Shown here one piece after another: positions 1-13,900 of a stretch of 64,000 nt of DNA. Every line of letters starts with the position of its first letter. Positions within the stretch are counted from its first letter, which is position 1. The notes beneath the pieces were generated by a model that searched no databases, was not told the origin of the DNA, and saw only the letters and a list, made by a program, of their open reading frames with translations. Origin of the DNA: Paragordius varius (Eukaryota; Animalia; Nematomorpha); assembly GCA_964247055.1 (NCBI GenBank), contig OZ176055.1, positions 2,542,001-2,606,000 on the forward strand. The letters are read 5' to 3'. Made by a program: the position numbers and the translations under genes.

Positions 1-170
1 TGGTTATCTTTTTTAAAAAAATATCTGTCAATTATTTTTTCGTTTTGTCTATATATAAATCAATCTTTACTGTATATTTGATGATGGAGATTTCTCAACA
101 TTATACATTAAAATAAAATCCTATTCTGCCATTGAAAAGTTACACATTACTAATAAAATATTTATTTTAG

Positions 171-2088
171 TTCAATCCAATGGTTCATCTGGTATTCCTG
201 TTTCCTTCTGCCTTTATACTGATCACATCCCTTGTATCAGATTATCGAGATATAGCGTTAGGGCTAATCATATTGTTGATTGGTAATTATTGAAATTAAA
301 AACAATATTTTTAAACATTAATATTGATTTTATTTTTGAGTTGAGATAAAAAATTTAAAATTATGGGATTGATATTATAATTTAAGAGAACAATTTTAAA
401 TTTAAATACCAATTTTATTAAAACCACAATAATTAAGCTTCAAACATTTTCACAGGTATCCCAGTATATATGTTGTTTATCAAACCGTCGACATCTAAAA
501 AGTGTTGTTTTCGAGGCAAATCCTGCCAAAGTAGTTCAGGTATATTTTTAATAATATATTTATTTGCAACAATTATTTTAGAGATTAAATTATTTTAAAA
601 TGGTAATTCTCGCCTTTAATATAACAATTACATTTTTTTGACATTATGTACTTAAATTTAAAAAATGAAATTGTTAATTAAAACAATTAAACAATGTGAA
701 TAGTGTCCTTTAGATATTGATTTATATTAATTGTTAAAAAAAGCTTAATGGCAAATTTAAATAAAGTGTTATTGACTTATGTATAACATTGTCAAAGGAA
801 TTTTTAACAAAATATTTTTTTTCGATATTGCTTATGACCAGCGAATTCATTTGCCGTAAAAATATGTATTTGATTACGACCTAGTTTTTATAATATTGAG
901 ATAAAATCTTGAGCAAAAAGTGAAAATCAAGCACAATTGGATATAATTCAATTAATAATTAAAAAACTTGAGATATTATGGCTTATTATCATTTTAGCAA
1001 TAGCCTAAAATCATATAGTTAAGGTTTTTATAAAAACTCGGTTCAAAACATCGCGTTTTACTTTTAACCTACTTAAAAGACAAAAAAAATTTTATGAAAC
1101 CATAAAACAATTTTTTAATTATAGCTAAACTCACTATTAAAATTAACATTCATATTATATGTAGTATAAAAACCAAAAATTATTTTCATGTTTTGTCATC
1201 TTGTTTATGAGTGTATTTAAAATTTACTGTTTTATTTTAGAGTCTTAAATGAGCGAGATAAATTAAATAAATTGATACAAAATAAGAACTACAATAGTGA
1301 AAAACCCAAAATCCGTATATATCCTAGAAAAATATTAATTTGTTAAAACCAACCTGTTACAGGTATTTGTATGGATTGTTGGTTGTTCTATTTTAATTTT
1401 ATTTTGCATAGTATATACATTTTCCCGCTCATATAAGATTAAAAAAACAGTATAAATTTACACTCATAAACCAAATGAAAAAAATAAATAGATAAAAAAA
1501 TATTTTTGATATATATTTTTACTGAATAAAATATTAATTTTAGTAATTTAATAGTGGGTTTAGCTAGTAATAATTAAAGAAAATATTTTAATACAATTTC
1601 ATAGAAAAATTTTGTCTTTTAAATATGTTAAAAGAAAAAGATTTTTTCATCTAATTCAATAAAAACCATAACTATATGATTTTAGGCTAATTATATATTT
1701 AAAATATCTCCTTGAATTACATAATATCTCAAGTTTTTCTCATTATTTTGTGAATTAACCTTAATTTTCACTTGCCCAATTTTGATTATCTCATAATATT
1801 GAACTAAATCGTCAACAAATAAAATATTTTGCGGCAAATGAATTCGCTTGTCATAAGCTATCTCATGAAAAAAATATTTTTGTTAAAAAAATAAACCCTT
1901 TTGCACACAGTGTAATATTTGTTTAAGTTTATAATTAATGTATTTATTATTAATTAATTTTAGAAAGTTTGACAATCTTTTTGCAAAAATTGCTAATGAT
2001 AACAGAGGCGAATGAAGATGAACCCAATGGTGAATGTAAAACTATAGAATATGAAAATACTCAACCAATACATAATACAAAATTTTGA
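171..2088 (+). CDS. SLC7-family (LAT/y+LAT-type) amino-acid transporter, last three coding exons; 5' part lies upstream of the window
   Basis: Exons 171-282, 456-539 and 1964-2088 have AG/GT boundaries and splice in phase to FNPMVHLVFLFPSAFILITSLVSDYRDIALGLIILLIGIPVYMLFIKP...ESLTIFLQKLLMITEANE...TKF*. The hydrophobic helices, the GIPVY motif and the T-x-FLQKL tail match the C-terminus of SLC7 light chains as recalled. The paralog is not assignable. Confidence 0.8.
787..1912. mobile_element. MITE/foldback-like element with ~300 bp imperfect inverted arms in the last SLC7 intron
   Basis: cttatgaccagcgaattcatttgccgtaaaaatat (~830-865) is the reverse complement of atatttttgcggcaaatgaattcgcttgtcataag (~1823-1857). 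Further paired blocks: cttgagatattatg/cataatatctcaag and gcctaaaatcatatagtt/aactatatgattttaggc. The right end reads CAGTG-TA; the left end is degenerate, so boundaries are approximate. Confidence 0.6.
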
Positions 2089-2380
2089 ACTGTTTTTTTT
2101 TAATTTTAGTTTTTTTATAAGTCAAACTATATTTTACATCATAAATTGCTCAATACAAATAAGTACGGAACTTGTGATTCAAATTTTAAAATTATAATGT
2201 ATCATAAAAAATTTATAATATTGGGAAAAAATATAAATTAAAATTTTGTGGTATAATTGTTGTACTTATATAATCCTAGATTCTATGTGTTTTAAAAAAA
2301 TTTATTTTAATCATTCCTAATTCCATTAAAACTGATAAAAATTATATTAATTTGATGAAGTTTGGTCTACTTAATCAAAA

Positions 2381-4290
2381 TCTATATATTTATAAAAATG
2401 GAAAATGCTGGCTTTGTGATCTGGTACAGGAAAACCGGTAGACCCAATCAAATCCAAATATCGAAAAAATATAATCATTAATAAATGCCCCGACAATAGC
2501 TTCGCCCTTTTTTTTAAAATAGGCCCCCAGTTCGGGCCCACCCCGTATGAAAAACGGTTTTTTTTTGAAAACAGAAGTCCACAAAAATCGTGTCTTTGAG
2601 ACAATTTTCCGGAGAACGTGTTGGGCCATTCAATTTTAAATATGATTTTTGTTTACTTATTTTCGATTGCGCTGAACATAGCCGAGCCACTTTTTTGATT
2701 TAGGCCCTCTTTTTACCCGCTCCACCCGTGAAATGCCACCTTTTTCAAAAAACAAAGTCCACAAAAATAATTTTTTAAATCGATTTTTGCCCTAGGTATG
2801 AGACCGTAAAAATTCAATAAAGATTCCACGTATTCCCTGTTAAAAGGCAAAAATTTTAGTCTACCGTTTATTTGATGATAGCTGCTGGGTAAGGAGCTAC
2901 CTGCTAAAAACTGATTTTTCATATAACTTTGTGATCTGTTTCCGGAAAACCGGTGAACCCAATCAAATCCAAACATCGAAAAAATTAATCATTAATGAAT
3001 GCCCCGACAATAGCTTCGCCCTTTTTTGGAATTAGGTCCCCAGTTTGGGCCCACCCCGTGTGAAAAATGGGTTAAGTCAATTTTTTGGAGAACGTGTTGG
3101 ACCATTCAATTTCAAATATGATTTTTGTTTACTTTTTTCGATTGCGCCGAACATAGTCTAGCCACTTTTTTGATTTAGGCCCTCTTTTTACCCGCTCCCC
3201 CCGTAAAATGCCATTTTTTTCAAAAAACAAAGTCCACAAAAATAATTTTTTAAATCGATTTTTCGCCCAAGGTATGAGACCGTAAAAATTCAATAAAGAT
3301 TCCATGTATTCCCTGTTAAAAGGCAAAAATTTTAGTCAAGCGTTTCTTTGATGATAGATGCTGAGTAAGGAGTATCTATCATATGCATAGCATGTTAAAA
3401 GATATATGGATATTAATACATTATTTATGGTAATCTATATATTTATAAAAATGGAAAATGCTGGCTTTGTGATCTACAGAAAAAACGGTAGACCCATTCA
3501 AATCCAAACTTCGAACCTCCCCCCCCCCCCCCCAGAAGTCCGAAGGACTTCCTCGGGCTGCGCAGCAGCACGAGATTCACGCTAGTATATATATATATAT
3601 AATCTATATATTTATAAAAATGGAAAATGCTGGCTTTGTGATCTGGTACAGGAAAACCGGTAGACCCAATCAAATATCGAAAAAATATAATCATTAATGA
3701 ATGCCCCGACAATAGCTTCGCCCTTTTTTTGAAATAGGCCCCCAGTTTGGGCCCACCCCGTGTGAAAAATGGGTTAAGTCAATTTTTTGGAGAACGTGTT
3801 GGACCATTCAATTTCAAATATGATTTTTGTTTACTTTTTTCGATTGCGCCGAACATAGTCGAGCCACTTTTTTGATTTAGGCCCTCTTTTTACCCACTAC
3901 CCCCGTAAAATGCCATTTTTTACAAAAAAAACAAAGTCCACAAAAATATTTTTTTGATTGTATTTTTTTGCCCACGGTATGAGACTGTAAAAATTCGAGA
4001 AAAATTTTTCGTATTGCCTGTTAAAAGGCAAAAATTTTAGTCAAGCGTTTCTTTGATGATAGCTGCTGAGTAAGGAGTATCTATCATATGTATAGCATGT
4101 TAAAAGATATATGGATATTAAAACATTATTTATGGTAATCTATATATTTATAAAAATGGAAAATGCTGGCTTTGTGATCTACAGGAAAAACGGTAGACCC
4201 ATTCAAATCCAAACTTCGAACCCCCCCCCCCCCCCCCCAGAAGTCTGAAGGACTTCCTCGGGCTGCGTAGCAGGACGAGATTCACGCTAG
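2381..4290 (+). mobile_element. Two tandem non-autonomous Helitron-like elements (2381-3585 and 3603-4290)
   Basis: Each starts A|TCTATATATTTATAAAAATGG and ends with hairpins (GAAGTCC-GAA-GGACTTC and CTCG..GCTGCGCAGC..CGAG in the first copy) followed by CTAG|T. TC...CTAG ends in an A|T target with a subterminal hairpin are the established Helitron signature. No RepHel coding sequence is present. Confidence 0.75.
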
Positions 4291-4933
4291 TTTTCTAATA
4301 AAATATTAAATTCCTATCAAATATATCATATGATTTATTATTAGATATAAATATTATAGGAAAAATTGAACTATGCAAATAATAAATAAGCAATAAAAAA
4401 TGGATAAAGTTCAAAATAATACAATTCAGTATATTTTTAGTCATTCATAGCATTTTATTGCAATATGGAATTAATTTTTCAGCTTTTTATGAAAAATAAC
4501 TTGGAACGGATAACAATGATTTTGGGTAAAACATTATTCGGCTTTCAATTATATTGCATTTGTGAAAAATTAAATTATAATGATACTAATAAGTTTCAAA
4601 AAATTGGCAAAAATATTTTTCCATATTGTGCGCGCTTGATTCACAAACATTTATTTCAAAAATTAATAGAGTACATTCGTCGGATTAGCAAAGTCAAACC
4701 ACTCTTTGTGCGGACTGAATTTAAACTTAAATTGATAAACATTTAAAATTTTTCCTATATCCATAAATAATTTTATGTGATTTTTTTTCAAACAAAAATG
4801 TTTCGCGCAACGCCGATTAATGATAGTTAAAAATATTTTTAAATTTTTGATATGATTTTTTGCTAAATTGCGACGCCCTCTGATTTTTACAAAAAGAGGT
4901 AGGTTTGACTGACTCTACGACTGTCTTTTTTGT

Positions 4934-7900
4934 TTAATGGGTCGACGGATTAGTAGATGTATAAAATTTATATGGCATGTCATTAGTTGCGTTATGGATA
5001 AAATATTCCAAATTATTCTTAGTATTATCACCATTTGTAATTTCGCTGGGTAAATATGAGGAGTTTTGTTTATTTTTAAATTCATCATTAAAAATGTAAT
5101 TTTCGTCGAGAGCTGAGAGGCCAAGGGAAGGGGGAGTAGAGGTGCCTGCTGAAAAAGTGTTTAACTTTTGCGTTAATTCATAGACTTGTTGTTCCAAATC
5201 ACGTTTGACTGTGTTGAGTCGCTTATACTTTTCTTGCATATTGGGTTGCTGTTTTTTTACACAAATAAGGTAAATATAAAAATATTTGAGAGAATTACGC
5301 ATTATAGAGATATTATGGTTGATTATCATTTTAGAATATATTTTCTATGAATAATTAGCCTAAAATCATATATATAGGGTTTATAATAAAAATTTTCATT
5401 TTCGACTTTTATTCTAAAAGCAGCTTAATCGATTTTTATCAACGCATTTTAGCTAATTTTAAATAAATTCCATAAAACAATATTTGTATGTATTTTTAAC
5501 AATAAATTTTGTAATGCGCTTTTTTCAAAATATGTTTAAATATAAATAGGAAATTATTTGACATAAAATGTTTAAATTGAAGTAGGCCCCATTTTTTCAG
5601 GATACAATTAAAAAAAACAGTTTATAATAAACAAACAGAATTTTCAATTTTTTAAAAAATTAACCATAATGTTTTTATTAAATTTTTACCTCATTTACAA
5701 TATAAATTTATTAATGTTATATACACAAATCTTGCTTTTTGATTCGTATTCAAATTTTTTGTTAAAAGGTCTACTTTTCAAAACTTTACAATTTAAAATT
5801 CAAGTTAATGCCAAATATTTTAATTTATTACCAATTTATATCTCTATACAATTTTTCAAATCACACACACATATAAATCTTTTACTTGGCATTTTGTGTA
5901 AGGATTCCACCGTAAATAATACGCATTCCAAAACTCCAAATGTCTAATCGTTACTATGGGGTAAAGGACACATTTTCGCGGTATAACCAATTCCCTTTGC
6001 GAATTCATAGTGTGCATATTGTTACTATTGATTGATTTTGGCGCAAATGGATTGATATAAAAGGGATTTATGAAATCATTGAGATTACTATTTATGGCAG
6101 ACCATAGAGATTGAGTATTCATTTTGACTTTCTGCGTGTGTGCGCATATATATCATTTAACAAATTCACTCTTAAACAAATCAAATTCACCCTTAAAAAA
6201 TCACCCTTGAACAATTCAAATTCACCCTAAAATAAATTCTTAAGATCAAAAATTATTTTTATTTTTTAAAATTTTTAAAATATGAGATTGTCTTTATTAA
6301 TATAATGCTGAAAAAATAATAAACTCTCGTAAAAATATATTTCATATTAATGATGAATTATATTCAGAAAACATATAATTTATTTTTAGGGTGAATTTGA
6401 ATTGTTAGAGGGTAATTAGAATTGTTCAAGGGTAATTTAAAATTCGAGGGTCAATTTGATTTATTCAAGGGTGAATATGAATTTTAAATGGGATATAAAA
6501 ATGCGGCTATACTTTTTGCTTCTGCTTCGAGTCCGTGACAAAAATTATTATTGCATATTAAAAGGAATTATTTTAATCAAAATGGATGTAAAATAAAAGA
6601 TATTAGATATATCAGATGGAATTTGAGCATAAACGCCGTTAAAATTTTTTATTGATAAAATTATTTTAAATAATCCCACATCATGAAGTGATCAAAACAA
6701 ATGTAGAAATTAAAACAAATCTATTTTTATAAACGCAGATATTAATATTCAAAAAAATCAAAAAAATATTTAACCGCAAAAATATCTTTTAAAGTATTGA
6801 TAATTAATGTATACCAATATTTCGACCCTTTCGCGTTCACAATTGCCTAAAAATGTACCAAAAAGACAAGAATGCAAATTATCCAAAATATATATAAGTA
6901 GCGTTTGATCAAACTCAAAAGCTTGTGGGAATTGACGTGTGAGTTGAAATACGCAATCCATAAATTGCAAGAAAACAGGGCTTACTTCAGAAGCTTTGTT
7001 CTTAAAGCGAGTGTAATCTAGAGATTTTTTCTAAAAACATAAAAATAATTATTCAAATTCATATTATATTGAAATAAAGTTTATTAAGATTAAAAATTAT
7101 AAGTTAAAATTATTTAAAAATATTGAGTTTAAATTATTTAGGGTGAAATTATAAATCAACAAACATAATGCAAAGGAAAAACTCAAAAGTTTCTTAAAAA
7201 TGGGTTTGAAAAAACTTAAAGTCATGCTAAAAAGGTATATAAATCTTAATCATCACAAAATATTTTAAAGCAAATATCCCCGAACATGATAATATAATGA
7301 AAGAAATTCTTTAAACCATAATAACTAATTTTTTTGAACCATAATGATATCAAAAAAAATCTTTTGTGAAGATATCAAATATTTCTCATACTTTCTTTTG
7401 TCCTGTTGAGGTGGAAACATTAATGGACGATGACGTGGCATTAATTTTGGATAAAGGGGGAAGCGAAAAAGCTGAAACCGAAGATTTTTCCCCACCTATA
7501 CTTGTTGATTCCTCATCGTTTATTCCATTGTAAGCATTGTTCTTATTCATTTCATAAGGGGGTGGTGGTGGTACGGCATAACTATGCCTTAATCCAACAA
7601 CACTATTTTTACCAAAATTCTTTCTGAGTGCTATATCATTATTTTCTCGAGAATGTAAATTATTTGAATTTGCTGCTGAAGTTAAAGTTGATAAATTATC
7701 ATTGATATGAGTTTTAATGGGTAAAGATGTGTTGCTTAAATCATTTAAGTCTATTGAAGATGTATGAGGGGTTGCTTTAGAAGTGCTTTGATTTTTTAAA
7801 TTTTTATTGGTTAGAGAAGTTGGCGTAGAATCATAATTATCCCAACCATGAGCAAATCTCTAAAGGAATAAGAATTAATAATTTTTATATTGTTAGCCCA

Positions 7901-10900
7901 TCCCAATAATAAGCCCATTTTATTATAATAAATTAAAAAAAGTAACAAAGATGGCAATAATTGCTTCAAAACTTTACAAGTTTTGCGCATTAGGTCCAAA
8001 ACTTAATATATGGTTCTCAAGGCAAAATATTCAACCATTTTTTTGAAATTTGTGGAATGTAAATATAAATACATTTCGTTAAAAATAAAAATATGATTTA
8101 AATGCAAAACCTTCAATTTTAATGCCTCTATTCGTAAATAGAAGTCATGATTATTACAAGATGGGTTTTCAAAATATGCAAAAAGTCATAAAAATCTTAA
8201 AACTCAATGTTAAAATACCTGTGAAAATTTGTGACCAAATGAGATCCATTCTTTTTCCAACAAAACTTCAAAGCCTTCAATGGTCCGGTAATAGGGATCC
8301 AACATCAACATAGCAAGGGATGTTAACTTTACGAAAAATTACAATTAATATAGACAAAGTATAAAGAGCTCAAATTTATGTCAAAATATCCATAAATTTT
8401 AATAAACTATTAAAAAAATATTATTTGAATATAGATATGCTTTGCACATTAAATTGGTCAATCAATTATGGCATAGTTGGTTACCCATTAAAATATCATT
8501 CCAAAACATTCACAGGATAAAATAATTTATATAATGTATAAAAATAAAAAATCATTTTTAGAAATTTACCATAATGTATTATACCTGAGCAGTTCGATCC
8601 CAACCATCTGAACAATGTATAAATACCGATGTTTGCTGATTATCAACTTTATCCACAATACGTAAAGCACCAAACAATATGGCCTAAAAATTAAGAATTA
8701 TCGAGTAAAAAATTAAAATTATATATCGAAAACGTAAAAAAATAGATAAATATTATTTAGTTACAAATACAGAAAGCCATAAATTTTTTGATATAACTTA
8801 AAGGATTAGGAATAGCAAAATGTTTAATTGAACTTAATCTCAAATGATAGGTCAATTTTGAAAACATAATTATTTTTAAAAAAAATATACTTATTATTTA
8901 TACGTTTTTTATGTATGTATATAATTAATTTTTGTTGTAAATTTAAAAAAAATATTATAAAATTTGTTTGACATAATAAATGATAACCAAACCCTAATGT
9001 GGTCTAACCAATGTGTAGATTCTAGCTTGGTTAACCAGTGCGTTTCATCTACAAAGGGAAAACATTCTTTTTGTAATTTCTTCAAACTATATACAAAATA
9101 AAATTTAAGATGTTCAATGATTTGTATATAGTCTATAAAAGTGATGACATGGTATTGAAAAAAATTATGCAATGTGACAATTGTAAAGGGATAAAAGTTT
9201 CTCTAAAAATTTTGTAACCTCAAGTTAACACCCCCCCCCCCCCCCCCCCCCGTTTAATAGGTTTTTAAATCATATAACAAAATTAATTATTTCGTAGCAC
9301 ATTCTCAATCATTAAATTTTTGACTATATGTGGGTTTAAAAATTATCAAAACTTTTTATTAATTAATCACCTAGTAAGTATTTAGCGATTAGTATTTGAT
9401 CATTTAACACTTTTTACATGTAAATTTTATTTGTAGTTGAAAATAAAATGTTGAATAAAATGAAAAGGTATTATTTGCAAAAATTGTAAATATAAAACCT
9501 GTCTCTCATAACATGTATGTTAGCTATATCAAGGAAAATAAATTCAGTGTCAGGATATTGTTCTTCAGATTCATAACCACCACCCTTAGCCTATTATATA
9601 ATCAACACAGGGTTTTTACATTAAGATATTTTATATTTTAATTCGTTTATGAATCAGAAAGTTATGATGTATAAAGTTATATTTTAAAAACTGAATATAA
9701 TGAAATTAAAAATTTAATAAATAATTTCATTTCTATTAATATTTTCAACCGAACATTTTTTTCCCCAAGATTTATGTTCCAATACAAACCTTATCAAAAA
9801 TGTCTAATTAGGCGTTAAAAATTGTAATGTCCAAATAAAACAAATCTATAATTTAAACATTTTGGCCATTAATTTAGGAAAATATACTTAAAATTCAAAA
9901 AATATATAAAAAAGTAAAATGAATAAATTCATATAGTTATAAGTTTTTACCCAAAGAAAAAAAAGAATAAAACCCCATAAAAACTACCTTATTAGCGACA
10001 GCATTAATACGTGGTCTGGCATCAAAAATAGCCAAATTTTGGCTGTAATGTGCATTTGATTCAACCAGCAATTTAATATATTCTCGGTCAGATTGACTAC
10101 TGGCATTTTGATTCGTATTTAACGATAAACCCGACAAGGGTTGAGCCCCCCGTAAAATACAAGCATCTGAAGGGGTTGTGGTTGTCAAATTTCTACTAAC
10201 CAAAAAAATGGAATTAATTTATTTTATAGCATAGAATTAATTTTAAAATTGTAAAAATTATAAAGATAAAAACACAATTTTTCCGTTATATAAACGAATC
10301 TGAAGAGGTCGTCGGAATTCTAATAAGAAATTTAATTGGGTTTTTTAGCATAATTCTTATCAATAAAATTGTTTCTGCAAAATAAAAATTGAAATTATCA
10401 AGTTAAATATAAAAAGGCAATTCCCCTCCCTCGCGTAAAATACAGGCTTTTGAATGGGTTGTGGCCAAATTTCTGGCAATAACGAGAAAAAATGGAATAA
10501 TCTATTTATTACAGCATATCTCGGTAAATGAGAAGTCGAAATCTAAATTATTTGATTTATAAAATTAAAATACTACCCATATATATTGTTGAGAGATTAA
10601 TTATTGTATATTATAATATCTGACACGAAAGGACTGTCATATACGGAATTAAGATACAAATGTATATTTTTTTAAACCCTACTCATTTGAACCAATTAAA
10701 AATCTAAAAATATGGTATACTTATGTTTTTATGTGTGGATCTGTTATAGAAAATTTCGATTTTTACTTTACATATCATACGCTTTTTCTCAATCGCTGTA
10801 TTGGTATAAATACTTAAAAAATTGGCCATCTTACATACATTATTACAACAAAATTATTAGGGAAAATGTTATCATTTATAACTTAATAAAAATAAAAATT

Positions 10901-13900
10901 AAGCAATTTAAATTATTTTGTGGGAAAAAATATTTAATAAATGTGAAATTACTTTAAGGATTGAGGTGATGAGTGGTGTTCTAAATTAATGTGTTGTATG
11001 GGCGGAGTTGGCCATTTCCAACACAAAACGGGTATACGCTGACGAGATCTATACTTTGCAACGGATCTCAACAAATCTTCGCTTGCTCCACGGGGTACAC
11101 ATAGCTAAAGATAATTTTTGAAAATAATTTAAAGTAAGGTATCAAATTTTATTTTATATTTTCATACGATATCTTCGAGAACATAATTGGCTATTTAACA
11201 ATGCTTTTCATTTAAACAGTAAAATTTATAATTATAGGACAAAACATAAAAATTTAGGGCAAAATTTTTTCAAAAAACTATCATTCTTTTTCAAAACTTA
11301 ATATATCCTATTAAAAGCATATAATAACAATCGTAAAATATGTAATCATTGTGTTACCAATATACATCTCTATTTTTGAATTTAAGATTAAAACAATGAA
11401 ATATTTTAAAAAATCAATTAAAAGGTATGGTTTTATTAAAAAAATATTTGTTTTTATATTAGATGGCCGTATAAATTAAATTTTTACTGTATATATATAC
11501 CATATACAATTCAAATTCACCCCCGAACAATTCAAATTCATCCTTGAAATTCAAATTTACCCTTGAGCAATTCAAATTTATCCTCGAACAATTCAAATTC
11601 AACCTTAAACAATTAAAATTCACCTAAAAAATATTTTTTCAGTATTTTTTTAATTTTAAACAATATTTCGTTATTTAAATATATAAAAAATATAGGTATT
11701 TTTTAATTTTAAATACTAATTCAAGGGTGGCTTTAAACTGTAAATGGTATATTATATATGTATTGTATTTAATCAAGAATTAACTTAATTCTCAAATTAA
11801 TTTACGCAATGGTCAAAGAGAATAGTTGCGTAAAGCAAAATTTATATAAGATTTCATAAAACCAGTAGAATATTATAAAAAATTATAAAGTTATTTATTA
11901 TAAATTGAGTTTTTACATATGGTCATGGTATAGGCTTTCAACAATTTTAACAAAATTATGGTGTAAAATAAATGAAAATATATATATATATATATATATA
12001 TATACTACCAATGATGGATAAGTCTCACAAAATTTGTAATCTGCATTAATGTGAGTTAGCCTCCAATTCTCATCCGGTATACCCTAAAAATTAATTATAA
12101 TTATAATGAATAAAACATATAAAATATTAATATGTTGCCATAGCAAATTAATCATTGAGATAATTTTAACCGTTTTTTTTCAAATATAAATCATAAAATT
12201 ATGATATAAAATAAGTGATTGTACTTACTAATCTTTGATATTCTCTGATTGGATCATAAACGCTCCAACCATTAGTTTCAAATGGTTCAGTAAAGTAAAA
12301 GGCCCACAGAGGCTATCAAATAAATATATTTTAATATTCGATATTCATAATTTTAATGCAAATTAATATTTTTACATAAGGCATATAATAAAATAATACA
12401 TTAAATAATTTTAGCACTATGCATTTAATAATAATGCCCATTTAAATTTTGCAAAAATTATATATATATATATATTATATATATATATATATAGCCTAAA
12501 TTTTAACAATTATATAATTAGTTTTATTTAAAAAATAAAATCATAGATTTATTTACGTAATAATAGCTATGCATTTATAGAAGTAATTACCAATAAAGAT
12601 AAAACTAAGTAAAAGGCCAAATTTTACAATTTTTTTCCTATAATCTTATATATTAAGCGTTTACCGACAATCAAAACTAACCAAAAGTCCCATTTACACA
12701 AAATTGTTGTTTTTTAAAAAAAAGCTCTCAATTAGTCTGATATTTTAAAACTTTCTTAAAAAAATTATTACATAATACCAAATTAATGTTTAATGGAAAG
12801 ACAGATTTATACAATTGTTCGTAGAATGTTCGCCGTGAATGGTTTCGTGCTGGGAAAGAAAATCTCAAATATCGTAAATCCTATAAATTATTTAAAAAAT
12901 ATTATGTATGTCAAAAAGAGGGGAACCTTTTATAATGATGATATTTATTATTAGATATACTAGTCTTAATAAAAAAATAAGAATATAATATAACTATTGC
13001 AAATTTATAAAGACTAATTATTTAATAACAACCGTTTTAACAATATAAACCTATATTATTTGCTGTAATTTATAAAAACTTTACCAATTTATTTATAAGG
13101 GTGGTAAAAGAGAGAGAAGAAAAAGACAAAATGTTAAACCTAAAAAGTATAAATGTTGATAATTAAAAGCACGCATTTAATCACGACGCATCATTTAAGA
13201 ATTATTAATAAAATTTAAGACATTTCCCTATCATAATATTTATTTAAATTGCAAAAAGTACCCAATTGACTTTTAAAATTCTAAATTTACCCTTATAATT
13301 ATAACCAAACCTTTTATATTTTCAACAAAGCGTATAATTGTAATAAAGTATTTGTTTTAAGGATAATTTTATTTTTTACTTTGTCAATTTTTAAAAAAAT
13401 TAAAAATATAGACATTTTAATGCAAGTTACATTTTTAAATTTTGTTAATATAATTTTTAACAAATCAAGCCGCTTAACATAAATAATATCGAAAATTGTC
13501 ATATATATGATATTTTTCCTTTATTCACTAATATAAAATTGGAACATTTTATAAGTTAGTTTAGTCTAAAACCACAATATTTAAATTTTAGAAACGATAA
13601 AAAATGTGAAAAGTTAGATTAATAATGTTAAATGTAATTTGAGGTGTTATACATGTAGAAATTAAATAGACCAATTTTTTTTAATTTTAATAAATGCAAA
13701 AAATAAATGTCCTGATATTAATAATATATATGGATAGTTGTGATATTTTACGTTAATAAATAAAAATTATGCTATAAATTGTATAAAATTAAATTTATAT
13801 ATTAAGTATAGAAAAAAATCAAATGATCAAACGTAAACGTATCGCAAATTGTAAATATGTATCATAAGAATATAAATATATTACTTTACAATAAACTACA

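Noticed and set aside
2371-3712. Short minus-strand ORFs in the Helitron-like repeats (also 20658-21912)
   Set aside because: Frames are not conserved between copies and there are no Rep or helicase motifs.
4465-5947. Short AT-rich ORFs downstream of and within myotubularin introns, and similar ORFs throughout the window
   Set aside because: Phe/Ile/Lys/Asn-biased chance ORFs typical of ~75% AT DNA, with no motifs or splice support.
10260-10378. Candidate extra myotubularin exon after a TTTTGCAG acceptor
   Set aside because: All three frames hit stops, and the flanking exons already splice in phase (10953 to 10195).
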